From Bugula neritina (taxonomy: Eukaryota > Animalia > Bryozoa), in assembly GCA_964035545.1 (NCBI GenBank), contig OZ037766.1, positions 682,001 through 746,000 of the forward strand: a stretch of 64,000 nucleotides of DNA, written 5' to 3'. The translations under genes and the position numbers were made by a program. Shown here in pieces: positions 1-11,801 of the stretch. Numbering within the stretch: position 1 is the first letter of the stretch; every line of letters starts with the position of its first letter. The notes beneath the pieces are model-generated. The model saw only the letters and a program-made list of their open reading frames with translations. It was not told the DNA's origin and ran no database searches.

Positions 1-399
1 AGAGTTCCATTAGTTTACCAAAACACCTTTTCGTGAGTAATACATAGACATGATTTGAAATTAAGTAGATATGAAATGTGGAAAAGTCATACGTCATGTG
101 ATTGATAATCGACACACAATGATCGCATGGTCTTCCCCAGTAAAGCAAAGAAAATAAGTACTGATTAGTGAAAGATATTCTCATCATTACTTCGGTACTT
201 TAATGGTCAAAGAGTCTGATAAAAATAGCTTGAATGAGCTACTTCACTTAAAACTGTTTTACTAACAAAGATAGTAACTAACTATTTGAGTATTAGTAAA
301 TAACGCTGAAACTATGAGTTGTCACTAGTTATTACTAGCTACTCCAGTACTAACTCAAAGTGCTATAATTATTAATAATATAATTCGGAGCATACAAAT

Positions 400-1440
400 A
401 GTATAAAAACAGTTAAACAATACCACAAGGCCGATGTCGTTCGCTTCCGCAGTGTACTCAGTTTGGTAGCAGATGAGCTTGTAGTTATTAATGATGTCCA
501 CATTATGTGAGTATTATTTTCTAGAAGCCTCCGCCAAGCTATTTCTGATTGTGTGCCTACCTTGGAGCGGGAGATCAAGCTTAATAGACATGAGCCTGCG
601 TGGTTTACTAATGAAGCTCGGAAACTAGCAACTAAACAAAGAAAACTGTACAACGGGTTCAAGGAGACTGGAAATGACTGATCGACAAGCAGCTGCTTAT
701 CACCGCAGTGTCTCTAAAAAAGCTTTCAAAAGACTGAAAAAGCAGTATATTGAATCTCGGGTATGTAAGCCACTTCTAGAGGGGAACAGTAAACCCTTTT
801 ACAAACATTTGAAGGGCTCCACAAAATCGCATAACCCAATTAGGCTTGCTATGCCAGATGGTACTCTCACATCAGACCCAAAAAAGTGTGCTGATATGCT
901 CAACAGTTTCTTCTACCAGCAATTCACCGCATCTCATCAACTTCCCATGCTCGTCTATGAGGCGAGAATGAAGTGCCTGATGTATCTCTCTCGGGCGTAG
1001 CTCAACAAATCAAAAACTTGAAGTCTGGCAAAGCTCCAGGTCCTGGTGGTTTTGGGAAAGCTGATTTGAGCATAGATATTGGTATAATGGAGAATGTTCA
1101 AACAGATGCTGTGCGTTTTATCTCTAACAGCAAAGGAAGAACTGATATTGGGGAGGAGATGAAAAAGCTGTGTTTGGAGCCGCTTGATCTAAGGAGGAAA
1201 AACTGACGCATCAGCCTTCTCCTAAAAATATTGTCTAAGGAAGAACTACATCCAACTCTGAGTGCTGCCTATGATGATTTTCTAGATCAGCAGACCACAA
1301 GCACTGTACAGACTCGGTCTCAGGTTTCAAGATTTCCGAGATCAGTGAGAGCGAACAGGAATGGGTATCTTTATAGTTTTCTCCCAAGAACAATAAGAGA
1401 TATGAGGATCAGCACTGATCACACACAGACAGGCTAGTTA
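400..1440 (+). mobile_element. Degenerate non-LTR retrotransposon (CR1/L2-group LINE) ORF2 fragment, RT core missing
   Basis: Frameshifted pieces carry typical LINE ORF2 motifs: PAWFTNEARKL (~595), NSKPFYKHLK, ADMLNSFF, LKSGKAPGP, then directly the post-RT motifs MENVQTDAVRFI, LEPLDLRR and YSFLPRTIRD. There are several frameshifts and stops; boundaries are approximate. Confidence 0.75.
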
Positions 1441-2531
1441 GCCTGTTAAGTTAATCTGCACAAGAATGTTAACACTTTTTAGACTACTGTCCAAGTACTG
1501 ACAACTTATTTTCTATATGCTGCACACCTCTTCTTCCCTCTATAGGGAGCTCCAGTGTGGAAATAACATCGACAGGTATTAATAATAGTAAAAGTCACTA
1601 CTAGCTAATGCTAACTACCAATAGCTACTTAAAGTTACTACTAGCAACTACTTCTACGTTATCATAACTAATAACTATTAGAGCACCGTGGGACACTTCC
1701 GTTACTAAACGAATCAGCTAAGCCTAGGGTAGCTAATAGCTGACAAGGTGTGCCCTCTGGGTTCTGATGTCTTCACAGTGCATGAAGCAGCAAATGAACT
1801 ATTGCTATATCAGATGCATTAAATACCTGGACTCGTCCAGCAGCACCACTAGCAGGCCTTTGAGTTTCATCACGAAAGAGGGTTTCAAAAAGTCTTAGCA
1901 AACTCATCTTTAGACTTTGAATTCAGTCAGCTAAGCCTAGGACAACTGATTGTGGCTAGTTGGCCTGTTACTAGCTGAGTCTTAGTAGTTAGTAGTAGTT
2001 AGCTAGTTGTCTCATGACTAGCTGAGTTTTTAATAGCTGTTAGTTAGCTGTTCCGTTACTAGTTTTAGTAGTTGTTGGCTGCGTATACGAGTACAGACGG
2101 CAGTTTCACTATATCTACCGTTGTAATAAGAATTCTCACGTTTTGGGAATTCCCCTACTCACCAAGGAAGTTTCACGTGATGAGCTCATCATGAGAAGAT
2201 AACTCCAATTGATGCTGTAAATAAATGCGACAACCTTCTGTTATACTGAATAGAGTGTAATTTAATACCCTATGTCCTACGAGCCATATCTTTCAACTGC
2301 TGTCATTGTTTCTACTATTTGTAGTAGTTATATGTACTTCAAATGCAGGAAAGGCCTAAACTATTTTATCTAAAGTGGTGTATAGCTAAAAAACCGTATG
2401 GTTTTGTCACTATAACAGTGTTATATAACACAATATTATATAATATTACTATAATATATCAATTACTATAACATCATAATGAAAATAATAACATATAACT
2501 ATAATATTATTACTTTAATTTACATGACCGT

Positions 2532-2719
2532 TGTTATGTTTATAGAATTGTATACTAGAGTTATGTCCCCTATTGTAGTTCGTATTTTGAAATTATCATC
2601 GTTTGTGTATGACGTCATTATGGGCAGTCGCCATTACTACTCTATCGGAATATTAATAGCATGTTTAACTGAATTTACTAAATATCAATAAAAGTTATAA
2701 AACTAGATTGAACACAACA
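2532..2719 (+). repeat. 5' LTR (188 bp)
   Basis: TGTTATG...AACACAACA; identical by eye to 7115-7302; contains TGACGTCA (2610-2617) and AATAAA (2687-2692). Confidence 0.97.
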
Positions 2720-2721
2720 TC

Positions 2722-2734
2722 TGGCGACGAGGAT
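2722..2734 (+). promoter_or_regulatory. Primer binding site, complementary to the 3' end of tRNA-Ser(GCT)
   Basis: TGGCGACGAGGAT begins after a 2-nt spacer behind the 5' LTR; its reverse complement ATCCTCGTCGCCA matches the animal tRNA-Ser(GCU) acceptor end. Confidence 0.85.
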
Positions 2735-2751
2735 TGGTTGTGATACTGAAT

Positions 2752-5700
2752 ATGGCTTCAAATATTGGTTCAGTTGGCGAGTTTGATGTCAGTAAACCCA
2801 AAGATTGGCCTACATGGAAACTGAGATTCAAGGCATGGCTGGCTGTCAACAAGATTGATAATGACGATAAAATTAATGCTCTGTTGGCTGTAGCAGGTGG
2901 TGACTTGGTAGACCTTCTGGTGAGTTTATGTCATCCTGCAGATGTTACTACTAAAGACTTTGATGTATTAATGAAATTGATCGACGATCATTATGGAGCA
3001 GGCAGAAATGAAATTGCTGAAAGCTACATGTTTGACTGCAGATCGCAAAATGACACTGAGTCGGTAGCAGATTATGTGGTAGCTCTAAGAAAGCTATCTG
3101 TGCATTGTAACTTTGGAAGCCAGTGGGAACAAAGAATGCGTAATAGACTTGTGTCTGGTGTTAAGAATGATAAAATAAGAACTAGATTGTTATCTGAGGG
3201 CGCTAAATTAACATGGGAGAGAGCAGTAGAAATTGCAATCACAGCTGATGTACAAAATAATTACACTGACATGAGTAGAGCAGCAAACGTTGGCAATGGT
3301 GGTATGAGCGTACAGAGGATTGGCAATGACCGTAACAGGGGCAATGTCATGACAAGGTCAAGGCCAAATTTCAAGTGTTTTAGGTGTTTGGGCACCAATC
3401 ATCAGTCACATCAATGTAAGTTCAAAGACTCTAATTGCCATCATTGCAATATGAAGGGGCATATTAAAAGAGCTTGTAGGCAATTACAAAAGGTGCAGGG
3501 AGTAGAAGAAGATCGCCAACAGCTGATGCCAACACCACAAAGCCAAAGCAGGGCGCCTAGTGCTAGCGGATATCCTTCCACACTTGATCAATATTACGCT
3601 AACCAGAACAGTAGAGACTCTGAGCAGCTTAACTCTCAATACTTTTCATCAAATCCAAATAATGACTGCCTATCAGTACGATGTGTTTCAGGACCGCACA
3701 ATCAACAGATTACGGTGAATGTTGACATTGAGGGCGTGACAATGGCCATGGAAGTTGATACTGGTTCCTGCATTACGTTAATTACTAGTGCAGACTATGA
3801 TAGATATTTTTCCAGAATACCTTTAAAACCTTGTGGTCTTACATTTAGGAGCGCGTCTGGTGACAGCGTCGCGATTTTGGGAAAATTTGAGGTACGCGCA
3901 CAATATGGCGACCAGGTACATAGGCTATGTTTGCGAGTAGCGCGCGGTCACTCTAGGTTGTTAGGTAGAGATTGGTTAAGTGTGATTCGTTTAAAGTGGG
4001 CTGAAATCGGAGCCCAACTACATGGTAACAAAATGGTCAATGGTATTAATTTTGACAGGATTCGGGCCATTAAGCAATTAAAGCAAAAGCACACTGAAGT
4101 GTTCAAGAAAGAGCTAGGCACCCTGAAAGGTATACATGCAAGGCTCAGGCTGAAAGAAGGGACCATCCCTAAGACCACTAAGCCATATAGAGTCCCATTA
4201 GCGATGAGGACCAAGGTTGAAAGTGAGTATGAGAGGCTAGAATCACTAGGTATCCTTGAAAAGGTAAGTGCATCTGAGTGGTCAACAGGTGTAGTGGCAG
4301 TACCCAAACCTGATGGCTCAGTAAGGATATGTGGTAACTACAAAACCACGGTAAACCCAGCATTAATGCCTGTAGCACCTCCTCAAATAAATGTTGACGG
4401 CATTCTGGCAAACCTGAATGTAGATGGTAAGTCGAAATATTTTACCACACTAGATTTGGCGCAGGCCTACAACCAGATGATTGTCAGTAAGGAATCCAGA
4501 CCACTTTTGGCTCTAGCTACGCACAAGGGTTTGTATGCCTACACCAGATTAGCTTTTGGGATCAGTGTGGCACCAGCCTTGTGGCAAAATGCTATGGAAC
4601 AAGTTCTGATGGGTATTGAGAGAGTACAGGTATACTATGATGACATCTTAATAGCTGGAAGAACAGAGGAGGAGCATGTCAAACTTCTAGATCAGGTAAT
4701 GACTAGATTGGAGGAGTATGGCCTGCGACTGAATGAGCAGAAATGTATGTTCTTTAGAGAGTCAGTAGAGTACCTAGGTATGGTCATTGATCAGAATGGA
4801 ATCGCACCGATCCCCAGTAAGATAGAGAAAGTCATAGGCACTCCAAAGCCTAAAGATGTAACACAATTGAGATCTTATGTGAGTATGCTTAGCTACTACC
4901 GTAGATATCTAAAAAATCTGGCACAAGAAATAGCCCCACTGACCAACATGCTTGCAGGTAAGAAAACACAGCTAGATTGGAGTAAAGAGGCTGAGGAGGC
5001 TTTCGCAAGATCTAAAAGCATGCTAAAGAGCTCCGGACTTCTCATTCACTTTGACCCTAAGCTGAAGACCAGGGTAACCTGTGATGCCTCAAGAGATGGC
5101 ATAGCAGCAATATTGTCCCACATTGGAGAGGACGGGCAAGATCGACCAGTGCAATTTTCTTCAAGAGCTCTAACACCGACGGAGAGACTCTACCCACAAC
5201 TAGAGAGAGAAGCTCTAGCAATTGTTTATGGGTTAGAAAAGTTCTACTACTATATCTATGGGAGACGCTTTACCCTAGTGACTGATAACCAGCCACTAAC
5301 ATGGATTTTCCATCCTAACAAGAGTCTACCTATAATGACAGCGGAGAAGATCCAAAGATGGGCCCTATATGTAAGTCAGTTTGACTATGAAATTGAGTTC
5401 AAGCGAGGCCAAGACAACAATGCTGATTACTTCTCAAGGATGCCGGTGGACCCAGCGCCCGTGGATAATGTAAACATTTCAGAGGTAGGGTATGTGTTTA
5501 GCGTGACTGAAGAGGTGTTGCCAGTCACAGCAGAGGTCATTGCAAAGTACACTTTGAGTGACCCTACATTGCTTGGTGTAATGAAATATTCTAGATTTGG
5601 ATGGCCGAAGCACTTGAAAGGAGATGAGGAATCCCTTAGACCATACTATGCTAGAAGAGATGAGATTGGAGTTGAAAGAGGTTGCATCCTGATGGGGTTG

Positions 5701-6906
5701 CGCCTAGTTATACCTGAGCAACTACGCAAGCAAATTTTGGTGGAGATTCACACAGGTCATCAAGGGATAGTCAAGTCTAAGGCTATCGCAAGAAGCTACG
5801 TATGGTGGCCGGGACTGGATAAGGACATCGAGGAAGTTTGTAAAACATGTGAAGCATGTCAGAGAGACAAACCCAACCCCCCAATAGCAGGAACGCACCC
5901 TTGGATCCCTGCTCAAACACCTTGGGAGAGGATTCATGTAGATTACGCTGGACCAGTGGAAGGACACATGTTTTTGATTGTGGTAGACGCATATGCCAAA
6001 TGGCCAGAAATTCTTATGACATCTACATCGACAACATCGGTGACATGCAACGCGTTAAGGGGGCTGTTTGCGAGACATGGCTTGCCAAATGTTTTGGTAT
6101 CAGACAATGGACCATGTTTCACATCAGCAGACTTTAAGGAGTTCACTCAAAGTTATGGGATAATCCATAAGTTCTCCCCGCCCTATCACCCCGCCACCAA
6201 TGGCCAGGCAGAGCGCTTTGTACGCTCATTTAAGGAAGGTATGAAGAAAGGAAGGGGCGCAATACAAGTAAAACTCGACAAATGGCTACTGGCATATCGA
6301 ACTGCTCCTCATAGTGTGACAGGCATTTCACCAGCTAGCAGATTCCTGGGACGGACACTAAAAACAAGGCTGGATTTGCTGTTTCCTAGTCAAAACGCTG
6401 AAAGGTCTAGATTTACTGAGTTGAAAACTAGGCAGTTTGAGGTAGGTGATTTAGTGTGGGCAAGGGATTATATGTCCTCTGACTTCTGGAGAAAAGGTAA
6501 GGTAGTTGAGGTAACGGGACCGCTAACATACGTAGTACAAGTTCAAGGGAAAGGTGAGTGGAGAAGGCATATTGACCAACTGCGTCTAAGAGTGGAGAGT
6601 CGTGACTCAGTGTTAAACGGTCAAGGCACAGGTATGGGTAGGTGGCCAACACAAAATGTAACACCCTATACCAAGATCTACCCAAATCAGGAAAGTAATA
6701 ATGACCCTGATGAACTCTCGAGTGACCACGCAGGCTCGGCTAGACATCAGCCATTTGCAGAGGGGGGCGATAACACTTTGGGTAATGGAAACGACCCGGT
6801 TGTGCCTCACGCGTCGTCGGCATCGAGCGCAGCACTGTCACCAGACGCGATTCCAGTCCGCCGGTCCTCACGGATCAAGAAAGCACCTGTTAGATTGAAT
6901 TTGTAA
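2752..6906 (+). CDS. Gag-Pol polyprotein (two CCHC zinc knuckles, aspartic protease, RT, RNase H, integrase)
   Basis: Uninterrupted ORF from ATG 2752: CFRCLGTNHQSHQC and CHHCNMKGHIKRAC knuckles, VDTGS protease, YYDD RT, CDAS RNase H, HHCC plus IHVDYAGP/SDNG/GQAER integrase, and a GPLTY (GPY/F-like) motif. Confidence 0.97.
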   Translation: MASNIGSVGEFDVSKPKDWPTWKLRFKAWLAVNKIDNDDKINALLAVAGGDLVDLLVSLCHPADVTTKDFDVLMKLIDDHYGAGRNEIAESYMFDCRSQNDTESVADYVVALRKLSVHCNFGSQWEQRMRNRLVSGVKNDKIRTRLLSEGAKLTWERAVEIAITADVQNNYTDMSRAANVGNGGMSVQRIGNDRNRGNVMTRSRPNFKCFRCLGTNHQSHQCKFKDSNCHHCNMKGHIKRACRQLQKVQGVEEDRQQLMPTPQSQSRAPSASGYPSTLDQYYANQNSRDSEQLNSQYFSSNPNNDCLSVRCVSGPHNQQITVNVDIEGVTMAMEVDTGSCITLITSADYDRYFSRIPLKPCGLTFRSASGDSVAILGKFEVRAQYGDQVHRLCLRVARGHSRLLGRDWLSVIRLKWAEIGAQLHGNKMVNGINFDRIRAIKQLKQKHTEVFKKELGTLKGIHARLRLKEGTIPKTTKPYRVPLAMRTKVESEYERLESLGILEKVSASEWSTGVVAVPKPDGSVRICGNYKTTVNPALMPVAPPQINVDGILANLNVDGKSKYFTTLDLAQAYNQMIVSKESRPLLALATHKGLYAYTRLAFGISVAPALWQNAMEQVLMGIERVQVYYDDILIAGRTEEEHVKLLDQVMTRLEEYGLRLNEQKCMFFRESVEYLGMVIDQNGIAPIPSKIEKVIGTPKPKDVTQLRSYVSMLSYYRRYLKNLAQEIAPLTNMLAGKKTQLDWSKEAEEAFARSKSMLKSSGLLIHFDPKLKTRVTCDASRDGIAAILSHIGEDGQDRPVQFSSRALTPTERLYPQLEREALAIVYGLEKFYYYIYGRRFTLVTDNQPLTWIFHPNKSLPIMTAEKIQRWALYVSQFDYEIEFKRGQDNNADYFSRMPVDPAPVDNVNISEVGYVFSVTEEVLPVTAEVIAKYTLSDPTLLGVMKYSRFGWPKHLKGDEESLRPYYARRDEIGVERGCILMGLRLVIPEQLRKQILVEIHTGHQGIVKSKAIARSYVWWPGLDKDIEEVCKTCEACQRDKPNPPIAGTHPWIPAQTPWERIHVDYAGPVEGHMFLIVVDAYAKWPEILMTSTSTTSVTCNALRGLFARHGLPNVLVSDNGPCFTSADFKEFTQSYGIIHKFSPPYHPATNGQAERFVRSFKEGMKKGRGAIQVKLDKWLLAYRTAPHSVTGISPASRFLGRTLKTRLDLLFPSQNAERSRFTELKTRQFEVGDLVWARDYMSSDFWRKGKVVEVTGPLTYVVQVQGKGEWRRHIDQLRLRVESRDSVLNGQGTGMGRWPTQNVTPYTKIYPNQESNNDPDELSSDHAGSARHQPFAEGGDNTLGNGNDPVVPHASSASSAALSPDAIPVRRSSRIKKAPVRLNL

Positions 6907-7114
6907 CTTTTTGTATTATTGTAATTGTGTTTCAATTATAACATTCTTTACCAAGCTTAGTATATCTGTTTTCCATACAGTAGCAGTATCTTTATGTAAT
7001 GGTTTTACAGTACAATGCGACCTAACATTTGTTAATTATAATTACAGCTTTTTATGTTTTGTTTATTTTGCTTTGAATGTCAATGTGGAAGTTCTTCTTT
7101 AGAAACCGGAGAGT

Positions 7115-7302
7115 TGTTATGTTTATAGAATTGTATACTAGAGTTATGTCCCCTATTGTAGTTCGTATTTTGAAATTATCATCGTTTGTGTATGACGTCA
7201 TTATGGGCAGTCGCCATTACTACTCTATCGGAATATTAATAGCATGTTTAACTGAATTTACTAAATATCAATAAAAGTTATAAAACTAGATTGAACACAA
7301 CA
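7115..7302 (+). repeat. 3' LTR (188 bp)
   Basis: Direct repeat of 2532-2719, followed by the TSD ACCGT. Confidence 0.97.
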
Positions 7303-8149
7303 ACCGTATTATAATTTTACTACTGTAACGCCATAATAATAACATAATATTACTACAATATATTTCTATAACCTTTGAACTTGAGTTTGCAGCTTGTATT
7401 ATAAAGCCATTAATATTTATAGCTATACAAGACTACTTTGGTGATAATGGCGTTAAATAGTTTATAGCTTGTAGAACAACATTACAATTACTGTGTTTAG
7501 ATTTAAATTATCAAATGAGTTTCACAACAACTATAAGAAAAGATGTTACAACAGTTTACAGGTAAACTCATAAGCTAGTGTTACTGTATATACATCTACA
7601 CTACTAGCTGTCTATGTATTATATGTATATAACAAAATGTTTGGCAAGTTTTCCATTACCAACACTGGAAGGAGCAAAAATATGCGAAGTGAGAAAACTT
7701 TTTGGCAAGTGTGCAGTCTGAATGGATCATGGCAAAATAGCATACAACTCACAGATTAAAAAAATAAATAAATTTGAATCACTACACATAAGTAAAATAT
7801 AAAAAGCAGAGTATAATATATTACTTGAACAGTGTTCACAATGTACTTGCCCATCTACACGCTATTATTATTAAAACTATACGAGGTTTTCTCTACTTTG
7901 TCCTTTGTTATTAATTTTTGACATTGCTAACGTATTTTATTGGAAATATTTGATTTAAAGCATAAAAAATTATTTTTTCATAAAAATATGGCATAAGTGA
8001 GTGAAAGAGCTACAGCCACTCAGCTAACAGAGTACTACTAGCTGTGACCGCAGAGGAAAACTCTTGTTTATTAACTAAGGGATGTGCATGGGTTTATACG
8101 AAGTTGTATTTATAGTATTTTAGCTGTCTTTTAAATATAATAATAGTTT

Positions 8150-8550
8150 CTATATATAAAAGTAGATATAGAGTGTGTACTGAGTATATATAGAGTAGGT
8201 ATAGAGTATATAGAGAGTATATAGAGAGCATATCTAGAGTATATATAGAGTAGATATAGAGAGTATATATAGAGTAGATATAGAGTAGATATATAGAGTA
8301 GATATATAGAGTAGATATAGTACAGTGTATGGAGAATATATAGAGGTCTATAGAAGCATGTTGTGACAAAAAGATTAATATTATATGTTCAAGGAATTTC
8401 TACCACAGCAAGTATTAATCGAGTATGATAATAATGTATATTATAATGGCATAACATAATATGTATTATAATAACATGACATAATAATATATATTATTAT
8501 AATGACATAACATAATGTATATTATAATGGCATAACATAATATATTACAT
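8150..8550. repeat. Low-complexity simple repeats (TAGAGTAGATATA-like, then ATAACATAAT-like)
   Basis: Short imperfect periodic units visible directly. Confidence 0.8.
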
Positions 8551-8745
8551 ATATTGTATTCCAGTGATAATGTTCCACTCCCTGTAATTATTGTATGCTG
8601 AAGAGAGTGTTTATCAAATAACACGTTTCAATAACTCAGTGGTATCAGCATGTAATTGCCAGGTTTTAGCTTTGTATTGTCTACACCAACGTGTCATTGT
8701 TTTCTTACACAATACCAAATCATTTCTTGGTTTGTTTACCAAAGT

Positions 8746-9443
8746 GTACTAATAAACTAGTCCTTAGAATTTATTACTTATTAGTTTTAAAGTTGTTTGA
8801 AATAGAATTAATAAATAATACTTTATAGATGAAGCTGAAAATACAAAGCAGAAAATATTCAAATGAGAAATCCACTTTGCTAAACAAACCAACAATTATT
8901 ACACTTATTAGTGCAAGTTAGGTAATATTATTTTAGTACAAATATGTTATAAGCTACAAGCAGTTACACATCTGATTATAAATGGAACATCTAATTTAAA
9001 AATATATTTGTTAGTTTCAAAAAGAAATATGAAATAGATCCTTAAAACTGCTTAAAGAAATGATATAAATCATTGTTTTTTAATTAATTTATTGTATTCA
9101 ATATTTAGGTGCAATTGAATATTTTTTAAGCACAATTGAATTGTTAATTTGCTTTTTGTTGCAGTATGAGGAATTGCATACTCTCTTCTTTGCAGTCCTT
9201 ACAAGCGCACCCCCCTTTCTCTCTATACACTTATTTTATCTGGCATACCCCCTTTTTCTTTTCTGCACTTCTACATATTCCTGCAATAAATATTTCAATA
9301 ATATTCAAATAAATTGCACATAAAATATATATTGTACCAAAATAAGTAAATATCGTCTAACTGGGAAGGATCCAAGTGGGAAACATCTAAGTGGGAAATT
9401 TAGTCTATCGTCTAACTGGGAAGCGTCTATCTGGGATGACACC
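8746..9443. mobile_element. Probable non-autonomous DNA transposon with only the right TIR recognisable; same family as 46168-46657
   Basis: Right end has repeated TCTAA(C/G)TGGGA units ending GGGATGACACC (9443), like 46621-46657. ACCAAAGT follows at 9444-9451 and also occurs at 8738-8745 (candidate 8-bp TSD). The left TIR is not seen. Confidence 0.45.
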
Positions 9444-9613
9444 ACCAAAGTCATATAAGAGCTAAAGTGACACCAACGCAGCATGTAGCTAAACTGACAA
9501 GTGATTCAAGGTGCTTGTTATTTACAAAATCATATTATTATAAATATATAGGTAGGGTTCCTTACCTGGTTAATTGCAGGGTCTAACTAGTGCAGGTAAT
9601 AGTTATCAAACTG

Positions 9614-9676
9614 TATATAAATGTTACATAACCAGTCCACCAGTAAGTGGAGCTTCAGAGTTCAATAAACAATCAG
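9614..9676 (+). promoter_or_regulatory. TATA box and probable non-coding first exon of prohormone gene A
   Basis: TATATAAA at 9614-9621; donor CAG|GTAAG at 9676/9677; the acceptor TACAG ends at 10046, one base before the ATG. The paralog has the same layout. Confidence 0.55.
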
Positions 9677-10047
9677 GTAAGCAACACTGGACGTTTGTTT
9701 TGACTTTTTTCTCATTTCAAGTAACACTTTGTAGAATATATCTCACCATATTTGTTTATAAGTTGTTTAGATATCACAAATAATTAGAAACTTAGTTAAT
9801 GAAATACTCCTGTGCTAATTTGTGTCATGACTTAATGTGCTGGCGTTTTGTTAATAACACTCACTAAACTTCGTATGTAAATGAATTGACTGACAAAACT
9901 TTCAGCTTTGCCTTTAAACTTTTCAATTTCTGCTTTTCACAAAATGCTATAGATAAAAAATGTATTACTCATTCAACTCTAAAAAAGAGATATAAACATA
10001 ATATTTATGTTATTATTGACATGAGTAAGATTACTTGATGTTACAGA

Positions 10048-10688
10048 ATGACAGGCACCCTGATCTGTACGCTGCTTTTAGCGCTGCTAGTAGCTCTAGA
10101 AGCACGTCCTGCACCCGCCCTGCAAAATTGTGATCTACACGAACACCGAGATATTGACTCAGAACTGTACGAACTCCAAAGAGCTATTGCAGCCAAGAAT
10201 TCTCGTAAACCTATCAGTGCAGATGCATTGAAGAAGTTACACAGAATGAAACGTGGTGTCTCTCTTGGTAAGTTTTATATGATATGCCAGCAGAGTATGT
10301 AAATGTGTGCATATATGTATATTTTACAACCGTGAGTATAAGTATAAGAATAAATGTATATGTATAATGTAAGTGTAGATACAAGTGTAGTGATACAGTG
10401 AAAGGAGTGTTTAGTTTATAGATGTTGACAGTCAGAATTAGTGCGCTGCTTAATATAATATCATCTTTGTAATCACTGCTTTTAAAAAAGTTCGATGTTT
10501 GGTTGGTTTCAGCTGGTCTTGACAATATTGGAATGGTCGCCTACTACTTGGAGAGAATCAGACAGCGGCACAAAAATGCCCCAAATACTACCCTCCCCCC
10601 TACCCGTCCCCCTCCTGCCCACATTGCTTCTACAGATATGGACTTGCTGTTAGCATTGCTGGACGAGTCGGCACCTTCTCAATCGTAG
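10048..10688 (+). CDS. Secreted prohormone/neuropeptide-like precursor A (131 aa; exons 10048-10267, 10513-10688)
   Basis: Signal peptide MTGTLICTLLLALLVALEA|RP, furin-type RMKR site, phase-1 GT-AG intron, predicted mature region GVSLAGLDNIGMVAYYLERIRQRH...TRPPPAHI...DLLLALLD; clear paralog at 17922-18774. Confidence 0.85.
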
Positions 10689-11801
10689 GATGTACCGGAG
10701 CATGCCCTCCTCCGCTTGATAGTGAGTCTTTTCACTTCTCAGTAAAAGTAATGCTTTAAGGGTCCAGCTGACTAAAACGATGCGTAACTGTTTTATATAA
10801 TATTTCGACTTTTTGTGTGAAAATACAATTTTGAGTAAATAACCTGCCATATTAAACTTTAAACGAAAGGTTTACAAATGCTCAGCCATTAAAACATTTA
10901 ACTTGACTTAGTTATATACTGAAATATTATCAAACATTATACTAATACCAGCTGCTTAGTCATATCTAAAGAAACTTATAAATAATTTTTAGTTTATTTT
11001 AAAAGAGGCCTATTAATATTTAAAATAAGTAGAACAACGTTTTCTATTATTTATGTAAATAATATATGGAACAATGTTATTAATGATTTAATTTATTTTG
11101 TAGACTACCAAACACGAAGCAAATATAATCTTTCGATTATACTTACAGAAGTTTCCAACTTACCAGCTTTATTTCTCTCTCTAAATCTCTTGGTATATAA
11201 CTAAATGGTTTATTATTTACTTGTATCACTTGTGTTGTGACTCATGCCAGTGTTTACTGCCAACTAATGCTAATAAATACAGTATATACAGTTTAATAAA
11301 AAGTTTAAGTATATATTTATGCACTTACTTTTTTATATTGACACAGTTGCAAGGTTTGGAATAAGTTTAAACGTACTGCCAGATAAGACAAGGTTTAACT
11401 ATACAGTTTACTTTATCATAGAGAGTTGTTATTACGTAACATGTGGCAGCAGCTTTCAATGCAGATCATATCAATAAATATACAAATGGGAGTTGCTTCC
11501 CCAAACAAAGAGTTACTAGGTTTATAAATACAGAGTTATCTTCCCATCAGTTATCAAAGAATATTAGTTTTCTATTTGCCGTACATTTAGCAGGGTATCA
11601 TGGTATACAACTTTTTCATTCTCATCACTTCTCTGTCACTTTAAGTTTTATTATTAACTGATAAGTAGAAACTCGCACAAGTAAGTATTGCAGGAAACAG
11701 AAACTTTAAAAATAACATAATGTTGAAAAATATTGATACAAAATTATCATAGAAAATACTCTTTCCCCATCTTATTTTTAAACTCAATTATTTTTTAAAC
11801 A

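Larger units (their letters stand above)
2532..7302 (+). mobile_element. Full-length Ty3/Gypsy LTR retrotransposon (Mag-type)
   Basis: Two TG...CA LTRs, a 5-bp TSD ACCGT (2527-2531 and 7303-7307), PBS, purine-rich tract at 7101-7113 and a single gag-pol ORF in PR-RT-RH-IN order. Confidence 0.97.

Noticed and set aside
2479-2691. Twin ORFs at 2479-2691 and 7077-7274
   Set aside because: They are similar only because both run through the identical LTRs.
3948-6898. Short antisense and alternative-frame ORFs inside the retrotransposon
   Set aside because: They are shadows of the long gag-pol ORF, with no independent motifs and no env-like ORF.
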